Source: Candidatus Yanofskybacteria bacterium RIFCSPHIGHO2_01_FULL_41_21
GTDB lineage: Bacteria > Patescibacteriota > Minisyncoccia > 2-02-FULL-40-12 > GWA2-44-9
Length of the DNA stretch: 59,436 nt
Assembly (NCBI GenBank): GCA_001794025.1
Contig: MGJA01000013.1
Location: 1-59,436 of the forward strand
Direction: 5' to 3'
Shown: positions 18,498-27,317 of the stretch, piece after piece
How the letters are laid out: each line of letters opens with the position of its first letter
Numbering within the stretch: the first letter of the stretch is position 1
Position numbers and translations under genes: made by a program
The notes under the pieces: model-generated
Seen by the model: the letters and a program-made list of their open reading frames with translations, nothing else
Database searches by the model: none
Told to the model about the DNA's origin: nothing

Positions 18498-19544
18498 ATG
18501 AATCGAGCTATCATTGATGAAAAACTAAATAGAATCGCAAATCTGCTTGGCCTCACAAGAAAGCAGGTTGGTTTTACTATTTTAGCTATTATTGTCATTC
18601 TTGCTCTCGGCATCATCTACTCTACCACCTTCACCGCTCCCGATGGCAACGCCACTCAAGAAAACTTTACCGTAGGCACAAACGATGACTCCAGAGAGGT
18701 TGCTAACAACTTAGAGGAACAGGGCTTTGTAAAAAGTAGCTTAGCTTTCCGAATCGCATTCTCCGGTCCAAGCGGAGCTATTTCAAAATGTGTCGATTGT
18801 ATCCAATCGGGCGTTTACAGAATTTCCAAATCAATGAATGCTTGGGACATCGCCAGCATTTTAAAGAAAGAACCCAATATGAGATGGGTCACCATTCCCG
18901 AAGGATTAAGAAAAGAAGAAATAGCGGATATTCTGGCCGGAACTTTTAAGTGGAGTGGCGATGACAAGCAAAAATGGATTACAACATATACTGCTATGAA
19001 GTATGACTATATTGAAGGGGTATATTTCCCCGACACATATCTGATTCCCATAGATGAAACACCGCTTGAAATGGCAGACCGTCTACGAGCTCATTTTGAA
19101 GAAAAATTTGCTCCATACGCTAAAGAATCCTTGAATCAAAATATCAAATGGGCTACCGCACTTACCCTAGCGTCCATTGTACAGCGGGAAGCGGCTGGCA
19201 AAGATGACATGCCTCTTATCGCTGGAGTTCTGTGGAACCGATTGCTCAAGGGCCAGAAACTTGAAGTAGATGCAACTGTACAATATGCTCGTGGCAAAAC
19301 GGATATTGGTTGGTGGGCGCCTATAAAGCCAGCGGATAAGCAGATTGAGTCTCCCTACAATACATATATCAATAAGGGGTTACCACCTCACCCGATCAGC
19401 AACCCCGGAGTAGCTGCCATTAATGCCGTCCTTAACTCAACTGAAACAAAGTGCTTGTTTTATCTGCATGATAATTCTGGAGGTATTCATTGTTCTGAAA
19501 CTTATGAGGAGCACTTAGGGAATATTGAGACATATTTAAAATAG
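18498..19544 (+). CDS. mltG: Endolytic murein transglycosylase MltG (YceG family)
   Basis: N-terminal TM helix; EGVYFPDTY and ASIVQREA YceG motifs. Confidence 0.8.
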   Translation: MNRAIIDEKLNRIANLLGLTRKQVGFTILAIIVILALGIIYSTTFTAPDGNATQENFTVGTNDDSREVANNLEEQGFVKSSLAFRIAFSGPSGAISKCVDCIQSGVYRISKSMNAWDIASILKKEPNMRWVTIPEGLRKEEIADILAGTFKWSGDDKQKWITTYTAMKYDYIEGVYFPDTYLIPIDETPLEMADRLRAHFEEKFAPYAKESLNQNIKWATALTLASIVQREAAGKDDMPLIAGVLWNRLLKGQKLEVDATVQYARGKTDIGWWAPIKPADKQIESPYNTYINKGLPPHPISNPGVAAINAVLNSTETKCLFYLHDNSGGIHCSETYEEHLGNIETYLK

Positions 19545-19572
19545 TTAGGATCTACTTACTTTAATAATATTC

Positions 19573-19908
19573 ATGTCCGAAGAATTACCATCACCAAAGA
19601 AACAAGAATTACCAAATCAAGAACTGATTGATGCTTTGCGTTCTCATGGACCAGAAGACCCAACCACAAAAGCGATGTTAGGTTTGTGGGCACATGCCAC
19701 CGAACGAGAATTAAATGAGAGTACGGAATCAACTTCAAGAATTGAAATGAATATCCGACGTGGCAGGTTATTCTTTGCGGCCGGATATATCGATGAAGCC
19801 TATGAAAGTTTAAGCGCCGCCGCAACTCAAGCTGATAACGAGGGCAAACGGGAACTATATGATTCCATCATGGCCGAGATGGATCAAATGGACACTATGC
19901 TTGGGTAA
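19573..19908 (+). CDS. Hypothetical protein (111 aa)
   Basis: ORF followed by 10-bp-stem hairpin AATGGCACAC...GTGTGCCATT. Confidence 0.4.
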   Translation: MSEELPSPKKQELPNQELIDALRSHGPEDPTTKAMLGLWAHATERELNESTESTSRIEMNIRRGRLFFAAGYIDEAYESLSAAATQADNEGKRELYDSIMAEMDQMDTMLG

Positions 19909-20046
19909 ATGGCACACTCCAAATACCGCCTTTCCGTGTGCCATTTGTGCCATTTGCCCGAGTATCACCGACCTGTAGGCATCCAAATTCTGACCGCTGG
20001 AAAGCTCTTGAAACGCTTGTAAGGATTGGTGCCAGACCACTACGCG

Positions 20047-20084
20047 GAGCACTTCGACAAGCTCAGTGCAAGCTTTTATTAAAT
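20047..20084. repeat. 38-bp direct repeat, copy 1 (GAGCACTTCGACAAGCTCAGTGCAAGCTTTTATTAAAT)
   Basis: Identical to 22557-22594; related to CTTCGACAAGCTCAGG half-repeats at ~45925 and ~53306. Confidence 0.9.
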
Positions 20085-20117
20085 GTGGAAACTCTAGAAG
20101 GCCCAAAAAAGGGACCT

Positions 20118-20279
20118 GACTCCTTTTCCTTTCATGGCGACCCGAAAGGTATTGAACGAGACGATTTTGTAGATCGGGCCTTACGTGATGCCGGACTACC
20201 TATTTTGCACCAAAAAGTTCAGTATGCTTACAGCAATCAAGAATTAGGGAATAAGATCAGCCAGACATTAGATCATTAA
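20118..20279 (+). pseudogene. 3' fragment of a DUF2726-like gene
   Basis: ERDDFVDRALRDAGLPILH...ELGNKISQTL aligns with the C-terminus of the 12398-12916 product (VRDEFIDELTKIVDLPILH...FVKNEINKKL). The N-terminal two thirds are missing and the repeat sits directly upstream. Confidence 0.5.
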
Positions 20280-20590
20280 TAAACTCCCTTAATGTTATGC
20301 TTGGGATTGTATTTAGCAATTTCTTCTTTTTCAAATTCTTCAATCTCCTTAATATTATCTGTTTTGAAAATATGAAACCCAAAATGGGTTACATCATTCC
20401 ACTTGTTCTCGGTAAGGTGTTCTAATAATCGTTTGCGTATTCCTCCACCACTAACCGCCTTGCCAATATAAAAAATCCTCAGTTGATTTTCAGGTGTTTT
20501 AGCTCCTATATAATATACACCAACAGCAGTTGAGTTCCACTCCCGAATAATCTTTTCACTGTAAACGTAGGGTCCTTTAAATGGTTCCAT
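20276..20590 (-). CDS. GIY-YIG domain protein
   Basis: GVYYIG...FYIGKA...RKRLLEH pattern. Confidence 0.6.
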   Translation of the reverse strand: MEPFKGPYVYSEKIIREWNSTAVGVYYIGAKTPENQLRIFYIGKAVSGGGIRKRLLEHLTENKWNDVTHFGFHIFKTDNIKEIEEFEKEEIAKYNPKHNIKGVY

Positions 20591-20632
20591 AAATAATGTG
20601 TTCTTTAATATTATAATCTTATTTTTTAAAAA

Positions 20633-20962
20633 CTACGACACAGGACTCTCCATATTGCCCTGCATATATTCTACGACAATGTTTATAATTTTTTTAACCT
20701 CTGTACTGCAATTTTTAAATGTAAGCCTATCTATAACATCGGGCCCGAACTTTCTAATGGCCTCACTAATTAACGCATGTGTAAAAGATTGAGTTGTATT
20801 ACTGACCCCATCATAATCAAAAATAAGATCAAAACCATTTTTTAAATTTGGAAATACAAATTTCTCTCTCAATGAGCGCGCGATATCTTTATTTTCAGCA
20901 AAAGTTCCAGTACGTTCCAGCATCTTTATTGCTATTGTTTTTTTCTTTTTCATTTTATTCAA
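20633..20962 (-). CDS. STAS-like (DUF4325-type) protein
   Basis: Size and sequence pattern ...FDYDGV...TQSFTHALISE; 8-nt overlap with the upstream GHKL gene. Confidence 0.5.
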   Translation of the reverse strand: MNKMKKKKTIAIKMLERTGTFAENKDIARSLREKFVFPNLKNGFDLIFDYDGVSNTTQSFTHALISEAIRKFGPDVIDRLTFKNCSTEVKKIINIVVEYMQGNMESPVS

Positions 20963-21962
20963 ATTTTGGTCTTTTGTAACGAGCTTTTTTCTGCCCCCTC
21001 ACTTCTTTAGAGTAAAAGTCATGAATATTATCTAATAAAGATGAAAATTCGGTAGTTTTTTCCAAGGATATATCTACACCTACAGCAACTCCAGTCCAAA
21101 AGGGAATAGAAATTATAGAGTGCCTATCTTTAAATGGATCACCACTAAGTTTAAAAGAGCTCTTCTTTTTTTGTAAAAGTTTATACATTTTATCACCGCT
21201 CATAATGTTAAAAAAATTGCCCCCAGTATACGCAATGGATTTTATTAAGAATAGACCGAATCCAGCGTTTTGTGCGGTACCGCCAGGCTTTGACGTTGTG
21301 CCAGTAACTCCCGGAGTAAGAGCAAGATTTATTGCCTCTATCGAATCTTTAACAGGATATGATTGACTCAAAGATTTTTGTAAACCGATTCCCATGTCCG
21401 CAACACCGATAGAGATTTTGTTTGTTTTTTTAAAATACTGTGCACAAACAACCGCTCCATCACTTGATCTTGAGTGTTCTAAGACATTTCTAATAAGTTC
21501 ACTGAATATATGCTGTATTGATTTAACATGTTTAGGATCATTATCAAAATGAAGGAGGGGTACTAAATCTTTTAAAAAATAATCTAAATCATTCGAGTTT
21601 TTTACTTGCGTCAGGGGTATAAAGCGTCCGGCTGGCTCATGCTCCACTATCTCTTTTACTCCTGGATTTATCCCCATGAATTCAAAAAGCTTCATTCTTT
21701 TAAGGTAATGTCCTGATGGTGCAGCTATCAACTCACAGGTGATTTTATCAGCTGGAATATTTTTACCCAATATTCCAATTATGCACAGAATAAGTGGGTG
21801 AACTGAAATCCATTTAGGATTTGCCGTTATTTTTAAAAAATCGGGATTATCTAATTTAAGAGTTGATAAAAACCCATTTATATTTCCCAAGAACGCACTG
21901 TTTGGTATATGTACCTCCATTTGTTTAAAATACCGGGAATCCTGGTAAAATGCAAGGGGCAT
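20955..21962 (-). CDS. GHKL (histidine kinase-like) ATPase, SpoIIAB/anti-sigma-like
   Basis: N box ELIRNVLEHS, G1 VADMGIGL, G2 GTAQNAGFGLFL. Confidence 0.65.
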   Translation of the reverse strand: MPLAFYQDSRYFKQMEVHIPNSAFLGNINGFLSTLKLDNPDFLKITANPKWISVHPLILCIIGILGKNIPADKITCELIAAPSGHYLKRMKLFEFMGINPGVKEIVEHEPAGRFIPLTQVKNSNDLDYFLKDLVPLLHFDNDPKHVKSIQHIFSELIRNVLEHSRSSDGAVVCAQYFKKTNKISIGVADMGIGLQKSLSQSYPVKDSIEAINLALTPGVTGTTSKPGGTAQNAGFGLFLIKSIAYTGGNFFNIMSGDKMYKLLQKKKSSFKLSGDPFKDRHSIISIPFWTGVAVGVDISLEKTTEFSSLLDNIHDFYSKEVRGQKKARYKRPKFE

Positions 21963-22025
21963 TAATATTTTTTTAGATGTGTTATAATGGTTTCAACATT
22001 GAACCAAACCGCCAACCAATAACTT

Positions 22026-22526
22026 ATGACAGAAAATGAAAAGAAAATCTCGGATCATCATGATAACGTAATAAGACTTGAGGTTCAATCAGAACAGATT
22101 ATCGATGATTATAAATATATTAGAGATAAGATTGAACGAGAAATCGTTTACTTAAAAACGTCTTGGGATAGGGTAGTAGATATAAAGATTAGTAACTATG
22201 ACAAAATCATTGATTTAGAAATATTTTTTCTAAAACTTTTTATTCCTATTTTTGGTATTTCTTTTACCGCAGGAGCAAATATTATTGGTATCGATACTTA
22301 TACTTTAAAATGGCTATCTCTTTCGGTCATTGTTTTAGTAGGATTGCTTTTAGCTATTACTTTTATATTTCGAAAAATGATAGTTAATTCTGAACAAAAA
22401 AACCATGAACTAGAATATGGCTTGATAAGAAAGGAGCTTCTAAATAATGTGGAAAATTTACAAATTCGTACTAAGCAAATTGGAGAAAATGTAAAACTGG
22501 CCTTAGGTAATGAACCCGAGTTATAA
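22026..22526 (+). CDS. Membrane protein (coiled-coil N-terminus, 2-3 TM helices)
   Basis: Hydrophobic segments; divergent from the GHKL operon. Confidence 0.4.
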   Translation: MTENEKKISDHHDNVIRLEVQSEQIIDDYKYIRDKIEREIVYLKTSWDRVVDIKISNYDKIIDLEIFFLKLFIPIFGISFTAGANIIGIDTYTLKWLSLSVIVLVGLLLAITFIFRKMIVNSEQKNHELEYGLIRKELLNNVENLQIRTKQIGENVKLALGNEPEL

Positions 22527-22556
22527 TAAAGCTGTTCCAACATCAAACCAAGCGGT

Positions 22557-22594
22557 GAGCACTTCGACAAGCTCAGTGCAAGCTTTTATTAAAT
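22557..22594. repeat. 38-bp direct repeat, copy 2
   Basis: Identical to 20047-20084. Confidence 0.9.
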
Positions 22595-22610
22595 TTGGTA
22601 TGATGGGTTT

Positions 22611-22802
22611 ATGAATAAAAAGCGATTTTGGAAGATATTCATAATAGTATTTGTGATTGCATTTGTGGCTAATATTATGACGGCTTATTTTTGGAGCCGG
22701 GCTTTTCCGGATAGTTCGTGGAGTTGGGATGTATCTACTACTACAGCTGGAATGTTAGCTCTGATTATAGCTTATGTTCAGCGTCATGACGATAATAAGT
22801 AG
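22611..22802 (+). CDS. Small membrane protein (63 aa)
   Basis: Two hydrophobic helices. Confidence 0.4.
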   Translation: MNKKRFWKIFIIVFVIAFVANIMTAYFWSRAFPDSSWSWDVSTTTAGMLALIIAYVQRHDDNK

Positions 22803-22815
22803 GTTGGATTAATAT

Positions 22816-23076
22816 TTGGTAATGGTTATGAAGAATAAAATATCCACCGGTACAGTGCACAAAGTGTCGGTTGATTTAAGACAAGTTCTTACTTCTTCAT
22901 CGGCAGTGGTTGTTGCGTGGGAGGATATTACTCCGCTTGCACGTAATGAATGGATCTGTTGGATTGAATCAGCCAAGAAAAGGGAGACCAGGAAACACAG
23001 AATTGAAAGAACCCGCACGGGACTTATTGAAGGAAAGCGCCGGCCGTGTTGTTGGGCCGGTTGCCCTCATCGTTAA
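22816..23076 (+). CDS. YdeI/OmpD-associated family protein
   Basis: ITPLARNEWICWIESAKK.ETR..RI and C-terminal CCWAGCPHR motif. Confidence 0.6.
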   Translation: MVMVMKNKISTGTVHKVSVDLRQVLTSSSAVVVAWEDITPLARNEWICWIESAKKRETRKHRIERTRTGLIEGKRRPCCWAGCPHR

Positions 23077-23095
23077 TTAAGTATAGAATTAAACT

Positions 23096-23293
23096 ATGCA
23101 GAAAATAGCAACAAAAGTATTCGTCTGGGCATCTATTTCTTTCGCCATAATCGGGATGATTATGGTTTTGACGACTTCTGAAAACACCGGCCCAAATCCT
23201 ACCATGCTACGGTTTTTATTTGCGTCCGTTATCGTTATTTTGACCTCGTTTGCATTAAGTGTTGCCAGCAAGTATCTCAACGGCAAGTCCTAG
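23096..23293 (+). CDS. Small membrane protein (65 aa)
   Basis: Two TM helices. Confidence 0.4.
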   Translation: MQKIATKVFVWASISFAIIGMIMVLTTSENTGPNPTMLRFLFASVIVILTSFALSVASKYLNGKS

Positions 23294-23315
23294 TCATTTC
23301 TGAATTTCTAACGGG

Positions 23316-23489
23316 ATGAACAAAATTAAAATACTGTTTTATGTTATCGGAATATTATTCGGAGTGTTTATATTTATATATGGCGGGTATGACGATAGTC
23401 CCGGAGCGCAATTACTCGGGGGCTTGATAGTAATTGCCAGTATCGTGGGTATAATAAAAAGAAAGAAGAAAACACAGAACCAGACATAG
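23316..23489 (+). CDS. Small membrane protein (57 aa), below ORF-track cutoff
   Basis: ATG preceded by TTTCTAACGGG (same motif as at the 33424 and 44294 starts); two TM helices and basic tail. Confidence 0.35.
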   Translation: MNKIKILFYVIGILFGVFIFIYGGYDDSPGAQLLGGLIVIASIVGIIKRKKKTQNQT

Positions 23490-23785
23490 ATACTGGTTCT
23501 GATGCTAATTGGTAAAATAAATATTACAAAAACCCATGATTATTATATTGGGAATAATAGTAGTTGTGGTCTTAATTGTCATGGTGACTATGGCTGTCAT
23601 TAAAGATAATAAGTGAATTAACGAAAAGTGATTAAACAAGGGGTCAATTAACATAAGTTTCTAAGTAAAATTGTTTTTTATTTAGATATTATCCTTGTTA
23701 TTCAAGGGCGGTTGATATTATTTTTAATATAAGATATAACTCGGTTAGTTTGTTGACAAATGAACAAATAAACAAGGGGGTTGAA

Positions 23786-24541
23786 GTGAAAAAGATAAGA
23801 ATGTTTCTCGTTTTTATAGTTGGGTGTTTACTCATTAGTTCTGAAGTGTGGTATCAACAATCGGTTAAAGCACTTCAGTACTCGTTGAATTTTGCCCTTA
23901 AAGATGATGAGCTCATCATCTTGACCCCCGGGACAGATTTTTTAGCATCTCCGGGAACAGTCATCTTTCTTCCCAGGAAGTTGGGGAGGGAAAGAATGAT
24001 TAAACTTGCTCGGACGGGAGAACCCGAACTTTCCATGCTTTTTATCCCGCGTTGGGAGGCATGGATAACAGACACGGTAGTTAGAGAAATATACGAAAAC
24101 AGAATTGATATTAAGTACGCTCTTGCAGCGCTTGCGTCTGAAATAGATACCGAACTTTGGCACACGCATAATGATATCGGAGAAGAACTTACCGATGAAA
24201 GAGAACGCCAGAAGCGTTCTCTTCGGTGGACAATGCCATCTTCGGCAGATCTGAATCAGATTTATGAATTTGCCAGAATTATTCCCGACGCGAAATTTAG
24301 TGGTGTTATTGCGCATATCTATGGCACAACGACATATTGGAACGATAGTCCTTCATGGACTCAACCCACTTATGTTAGTTATGCCATCAAAGAAGAGGCA
24401 AAAAGGATTAATTGGGAAGCAGGAGAGTTACACGTTTCTCAACTTCAGGAATTTGCCCAAAAACATGATGGGTTCATGAAACTTTGGTTTGAGCCGGCTC
24501 CTAAGTTTACTGGTGTTTTTTCGCCCGAAGGGGCTCGCTGA
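23786..24541 (+). CDS. Hypothetical membrane-anchored protein
   Basis: GTG start with GGGGG RBS 7 nt upstream (ORF track start 23750); N-terminal TM helix. Confidence 0.5.
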   Translation: MKKIRMFLVFIVGCLLISSEVWYQQSVKALQYSLNFALKDDELIILTPGTDFLASPGTVIFLPRKLGRERMIKLARTGEPELSMLFIPRWEAWITDTVVREIYENRIDIKYALAALASEIDTELWHTHNDIGEELTDERERQKRSLRWTMPSSADLNQIYEFARIIPDAKFSGVIAHIYGTTTYWNDSPSWTQPTYVSYAIKEEAKRINWEAGELHVSQLQEFAQKHDGFMKLWFEPAPKFTGVFSPEGAR

Positions 24542-24716
24542 CCGAGAACGGTCATTTTTGTTTCCGGGTGAAATTTGTTAAACACTTGAAAAAATAACAG
24601 GGGGTTTAGAATAAAGATGTTATTAATAAAAATAAAACTATGTCTGCTTAGGTTTTTAATGAATTGATGCAATAATTCAAAATCTGTGGTAACCTTAGTA
24701 AAATAATCAAAATACT

Positions 24717-24842
24717 ATGGGAATACAAAAACGACATGGGCCATTAGGGAGTACGCTGACCAGAAAAACAAACTCACATAAAACCGCGAGACGTCGCGCC
24801 ATTAAAGCCAAGATGTTGGCTGACCGGAAGGCTAAAAAATAA
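24717..24842 (+). CDS. Possible small basic protein (41 aa)
   Basis: ATG ORF MGIQKRHGPLGSTLTRKTNSHKTARRRAIKAKMLADRKAKK, very basic; no further support. Confidence 0.25.
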   Translation: MGIQKRHGPLGSTLTRKTNSHKTARRRAIKAKMLADRKAKK

Positions 24843-24968
24843 GGCATCATTTTCCTCTTGACACCCAACGGGGGTGCAGTAGAATGGCTTTATTAACCCC
24901 GACAGAGTTCCCAAGGAGTGTTGAGATACCAACTCCGGAAACCAAAGTGTCGGATATAACTAAAAAAG

Positions 24969-25292
24969 ATGGCCGACCAAAACTCGTCTGGTTTGGACAA
25001 CAATACAGTAATGGGCATACTTTCGTATCTGGGGATTTTAGTGATTATCCCTTTTTTAATGGCCAAGAATGTTCCTTTTGTAAAATTCCACATCAAGCAG
25101 GGCGTGGTGCTGGCCGTGATAGAAATAGTTCTATGGGTGGTATCAGGAATGCTTTGGCAGTTATTCGCAATTGTAGGAATATTGGAGTTGGCTCTGCTTA
25201 TTCTTTCTATAATCGGTATTATAAATGTGGTTCAAAAGAAAGAAAAAGAGCTACCCGTGGTCGGCCAATTTTCAAAGTATGTAAATTTCTAG
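24969..25292 (+). CDS. DUF4870-like membrane protein
   Basis: GILSYLGILVIIPFL...KFHIKQG pattern, three TM helices; preferred over the overlapping frame 24884-25303. Confidence 0.6.
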   Translation: MADQNSSGLDNNTVMGILSYLGILVIIPFLMAKNVPFVKFHIKQGVVLAVIEIVLWVVSGMLWQLFAIVGILELALLILSIIGIINVVQKKEKELPVVGQFSKYVNF

Positions 25293-25321
25293 AGGTTTTA
25301 TAAATTAAAAAAGTAAATTAT

Positions 25322-25831
25322 ATGGAGCAAGAAAATCAAGGGAACAATCTATCCAAAAAGAAGCTATACATGATTATGGGCGGGGTCGTTATTCTTCTTG
25401 TCGGCTGGTCGCTCATAGGAGGACTGGGACGCTCTCTCACCGGAGTGGGGGTTGATAAAGATAATGGTGGCTCAACCACCTATTCAAACAATGATGGCAG
25501 TGTTACCGTGGGAGGCAATAAACTACCGGACAATTGGCCATCCGATGCTCCGAAATATAAAAATGCCCAAATATTATCTTCAGTCGCTTCTAATCCCCAA
25601 ACAGGCGAAGCTGGAGCAGTCATAGCATTCAGTACATCAGATAGTATACAAACAGTCATAGACTTTTATAAGAAAGAACTTGCTTCAAATGGATGGACCG
25701 TGGAGCAGACAATAGCAACGGAAACAGGCACTATACTTGTCGCGACAAAGGATGAGAGAGATTTTAGTGTTTATATTGGCGATTCAGGAGACGGAAAAGT
25801 GGGTGTGACGGTTAGTATCTCAACACCTTAA
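25322..25831 (+). CDS. Membrane-anchored/secreted hypothetical protein
   Basis: N-terminal TM helix. Confidence 0.45.
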   Translation: MEQENQGNNLSKKKLYMIMGGVVILLVGWSLIGGLGRSLTGVGVDKDNGGSTTYSNNDGSVTVGGNKLPDNWPSDAPKYKNAQILSSVASNPQTGEAGAVIAFSTSDSIQTVIDFYKKELASNGWTVEQTIATETGTILVATKDERDFSVYIGDSGDGKVGVTVSISTP

Positions 25832-25858
25832 AAGTACGGCAATTAAAACTCGCCTTCA

Positions 25859-26506
25859 TCACTTTGAGAGGATAAGAGCGATTTTTATAGTTGAGTCCAT
25901 AATTTTGGCGGAATTGTTCCAATCGGCTGCCGCTCGTTGCAAGGTTTTAAATGGGTAAATCATACCGTTGCCTTGTTCAGTGCCGGGGTCATTCACAATA
26001 AAGCCGGAAGCATTATAACCCCGAACAACGAGCATATGATAGAATGGTCCTGATTCGGCATAATTCGGATTACCCAACAGTCGGGCATTAATCGGTAAAA
26101 GAATAACATTGTTCTTGACTAATTCTTTTTTTAAGTCCGTTTCAGTATAATTTTTAATTTGTCTGACCGTGATTCCAAATGTTCCCTCGGCCATGTGGGA
26201 GGTGGCATAAGCGCCCGTGTCGGCGTTGTAGCCAATATTGGTCTCTTCCCAGCGTTTTAACGAATTTATGTATTCTTGAGCTACTGCGGGCGGTAATTTA
26301 TCGTCCCTGTTTCCATTCAAATAAGCATTAGCCATAGTAATGCTGGCTTCCTCGCAGTCCTCATTGCGATCCCATTTTCCCGTTGGGGCTTGGTTAGTAA
26401 AGGGTACAGCCAGAAGGAGTTCTTCCGGTAATGTTCTATCAGCGGTTACAATAAGCGCGCCGATAATTCCCAAACCCAATAGAGCGATAACATATTTATA
26501 AGACAT
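25859..26506 (-). CDS. C39-like cysteine peptidase family protein (secreted)
   Basis: VPFTNQAPTGKWD...CEEASITMA...YHMLVVRGY; paralogue of the next gene. Confidence 0.55.
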   Translation of the reverse strand: MSYKYVIALLGLGIIGALIVTADRTLPEELLLAVPFTNQAPTGKWDRNEDCEEASITMANAYLNGNRDDKLPPAVAQEYINSLKRWEETNIGYNADTGAYATSHMAEGTFGITVRQIKNYTETDLKKELVKNNVILLPINARLLGNPNYAESGPFYHMLVVRGYNASGFIVNDPGTEQGNGMIYPFKTLQRAAADWNNSAKIMDSTIKIALILSK

Positions 26507-26514
26507 ATTATTAT

Positions 26515-27273
26515 TTATTTAGAAACGACAATCATTAAGGATTTGTTCTCGCTTATTGTATCAATAGAATGGTCCCAATCAGCGGGCGCATTCTTGAGAG
26601 TGGTGAAAGAGTATTTATAACTTTCTCCGTTTCTGGTACCAGGGTCATTAGTAATTAACTGCGTGGCAGTGTAACCGCGGACGACGAGCATATGGTAGAT
26701 TGGCCCCGGTTGACGGTAATAAGGGTTACCAATTAGCCGTCCGTTTATGGGAAGTATTACCAATTTATTGGCATTGAGAGCGTCTTTGATATCTTTTTCG
26801 GTGTAGTCGGTGATAATAGTGGTTTTAAGGTTGTAAAATGAACGAATCATTTCGGCGGTTTCCGCGGTGGTGGTATCCAGATAGTAACCAAAATGAGTTT
26901 GTTGCCAGTTGGTTAAAGCAGTTATTTCTTCTTCTACTTCAGTGGCGGGGAGCTTGGCTCTAGTGTCACCCGAGAAATAGGCGGCTACCATAATGGCGCT
27001 GGCTTCTTCGCAGGCCTCGTTGTGGAGTTCATCCCAGTTGCCCGTCGGGGCTTGGGGGGTAAAAGGAACCTTGAGCGAAAGAGTGACAGGGTTCGTGGTT
27101 GAAGGTTGGGTTGTTGATGGTTTGGGTGAAGAAGTTTCTGGTTTTATGGAAAGTGTCGGTGCTTGGGTAAATCCCGGGATATCAGAAGGTTGTCCTTTGT
27201 ATATAAATATCCCACCGATTAGGGCGATAATGATAAAGAAAGCAATAATCAAACCGGACTTTTTTATAATCAT
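26515..27273 (-). CDS. C39-like cysteine peptidase family protein with Pro/Thr/Ser linker
   Basis: VPFTPQAPTGNWD...CEEASAIMV...YHMLVVRGY. Confidence 0.55.
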   Translation of the reverse strand: MIIKKSGLIIAFFIIIALIGGIFIYKGQPSDIPGFTQAPTLSIKPETSSPKPSTTQPSTTNPVTLSLKVPFTPQAPTGNWDELHNEACEEASAIMVAAYFSGDTRAKLPATEVEEEITALTNWQQTHFGYYLDTTTAETAEMIRSFYNLKTTIITDYTEKDIKDALNANKLVILPINGRLIGNPYYRQPGPIYHMLVVRGYTATQLITNDPGTRNGESYKYSFTTLKNAPADWDHSIDTISENKSLMIVVSK

Positions 27274-27317
27274 AGATTCAATATAGCAAATTTTTGCCCA
27301 AAGGGTATAATAGGGTT

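Noticed and set aside
24884-25303. 139-aa ORF overlapping 24969-25292 in another frame
   Set aside because: The 107-aa frame gives a coherent three-TM DUF4870-like protein. The alternative frame is Arg/Gly-rich with no features.
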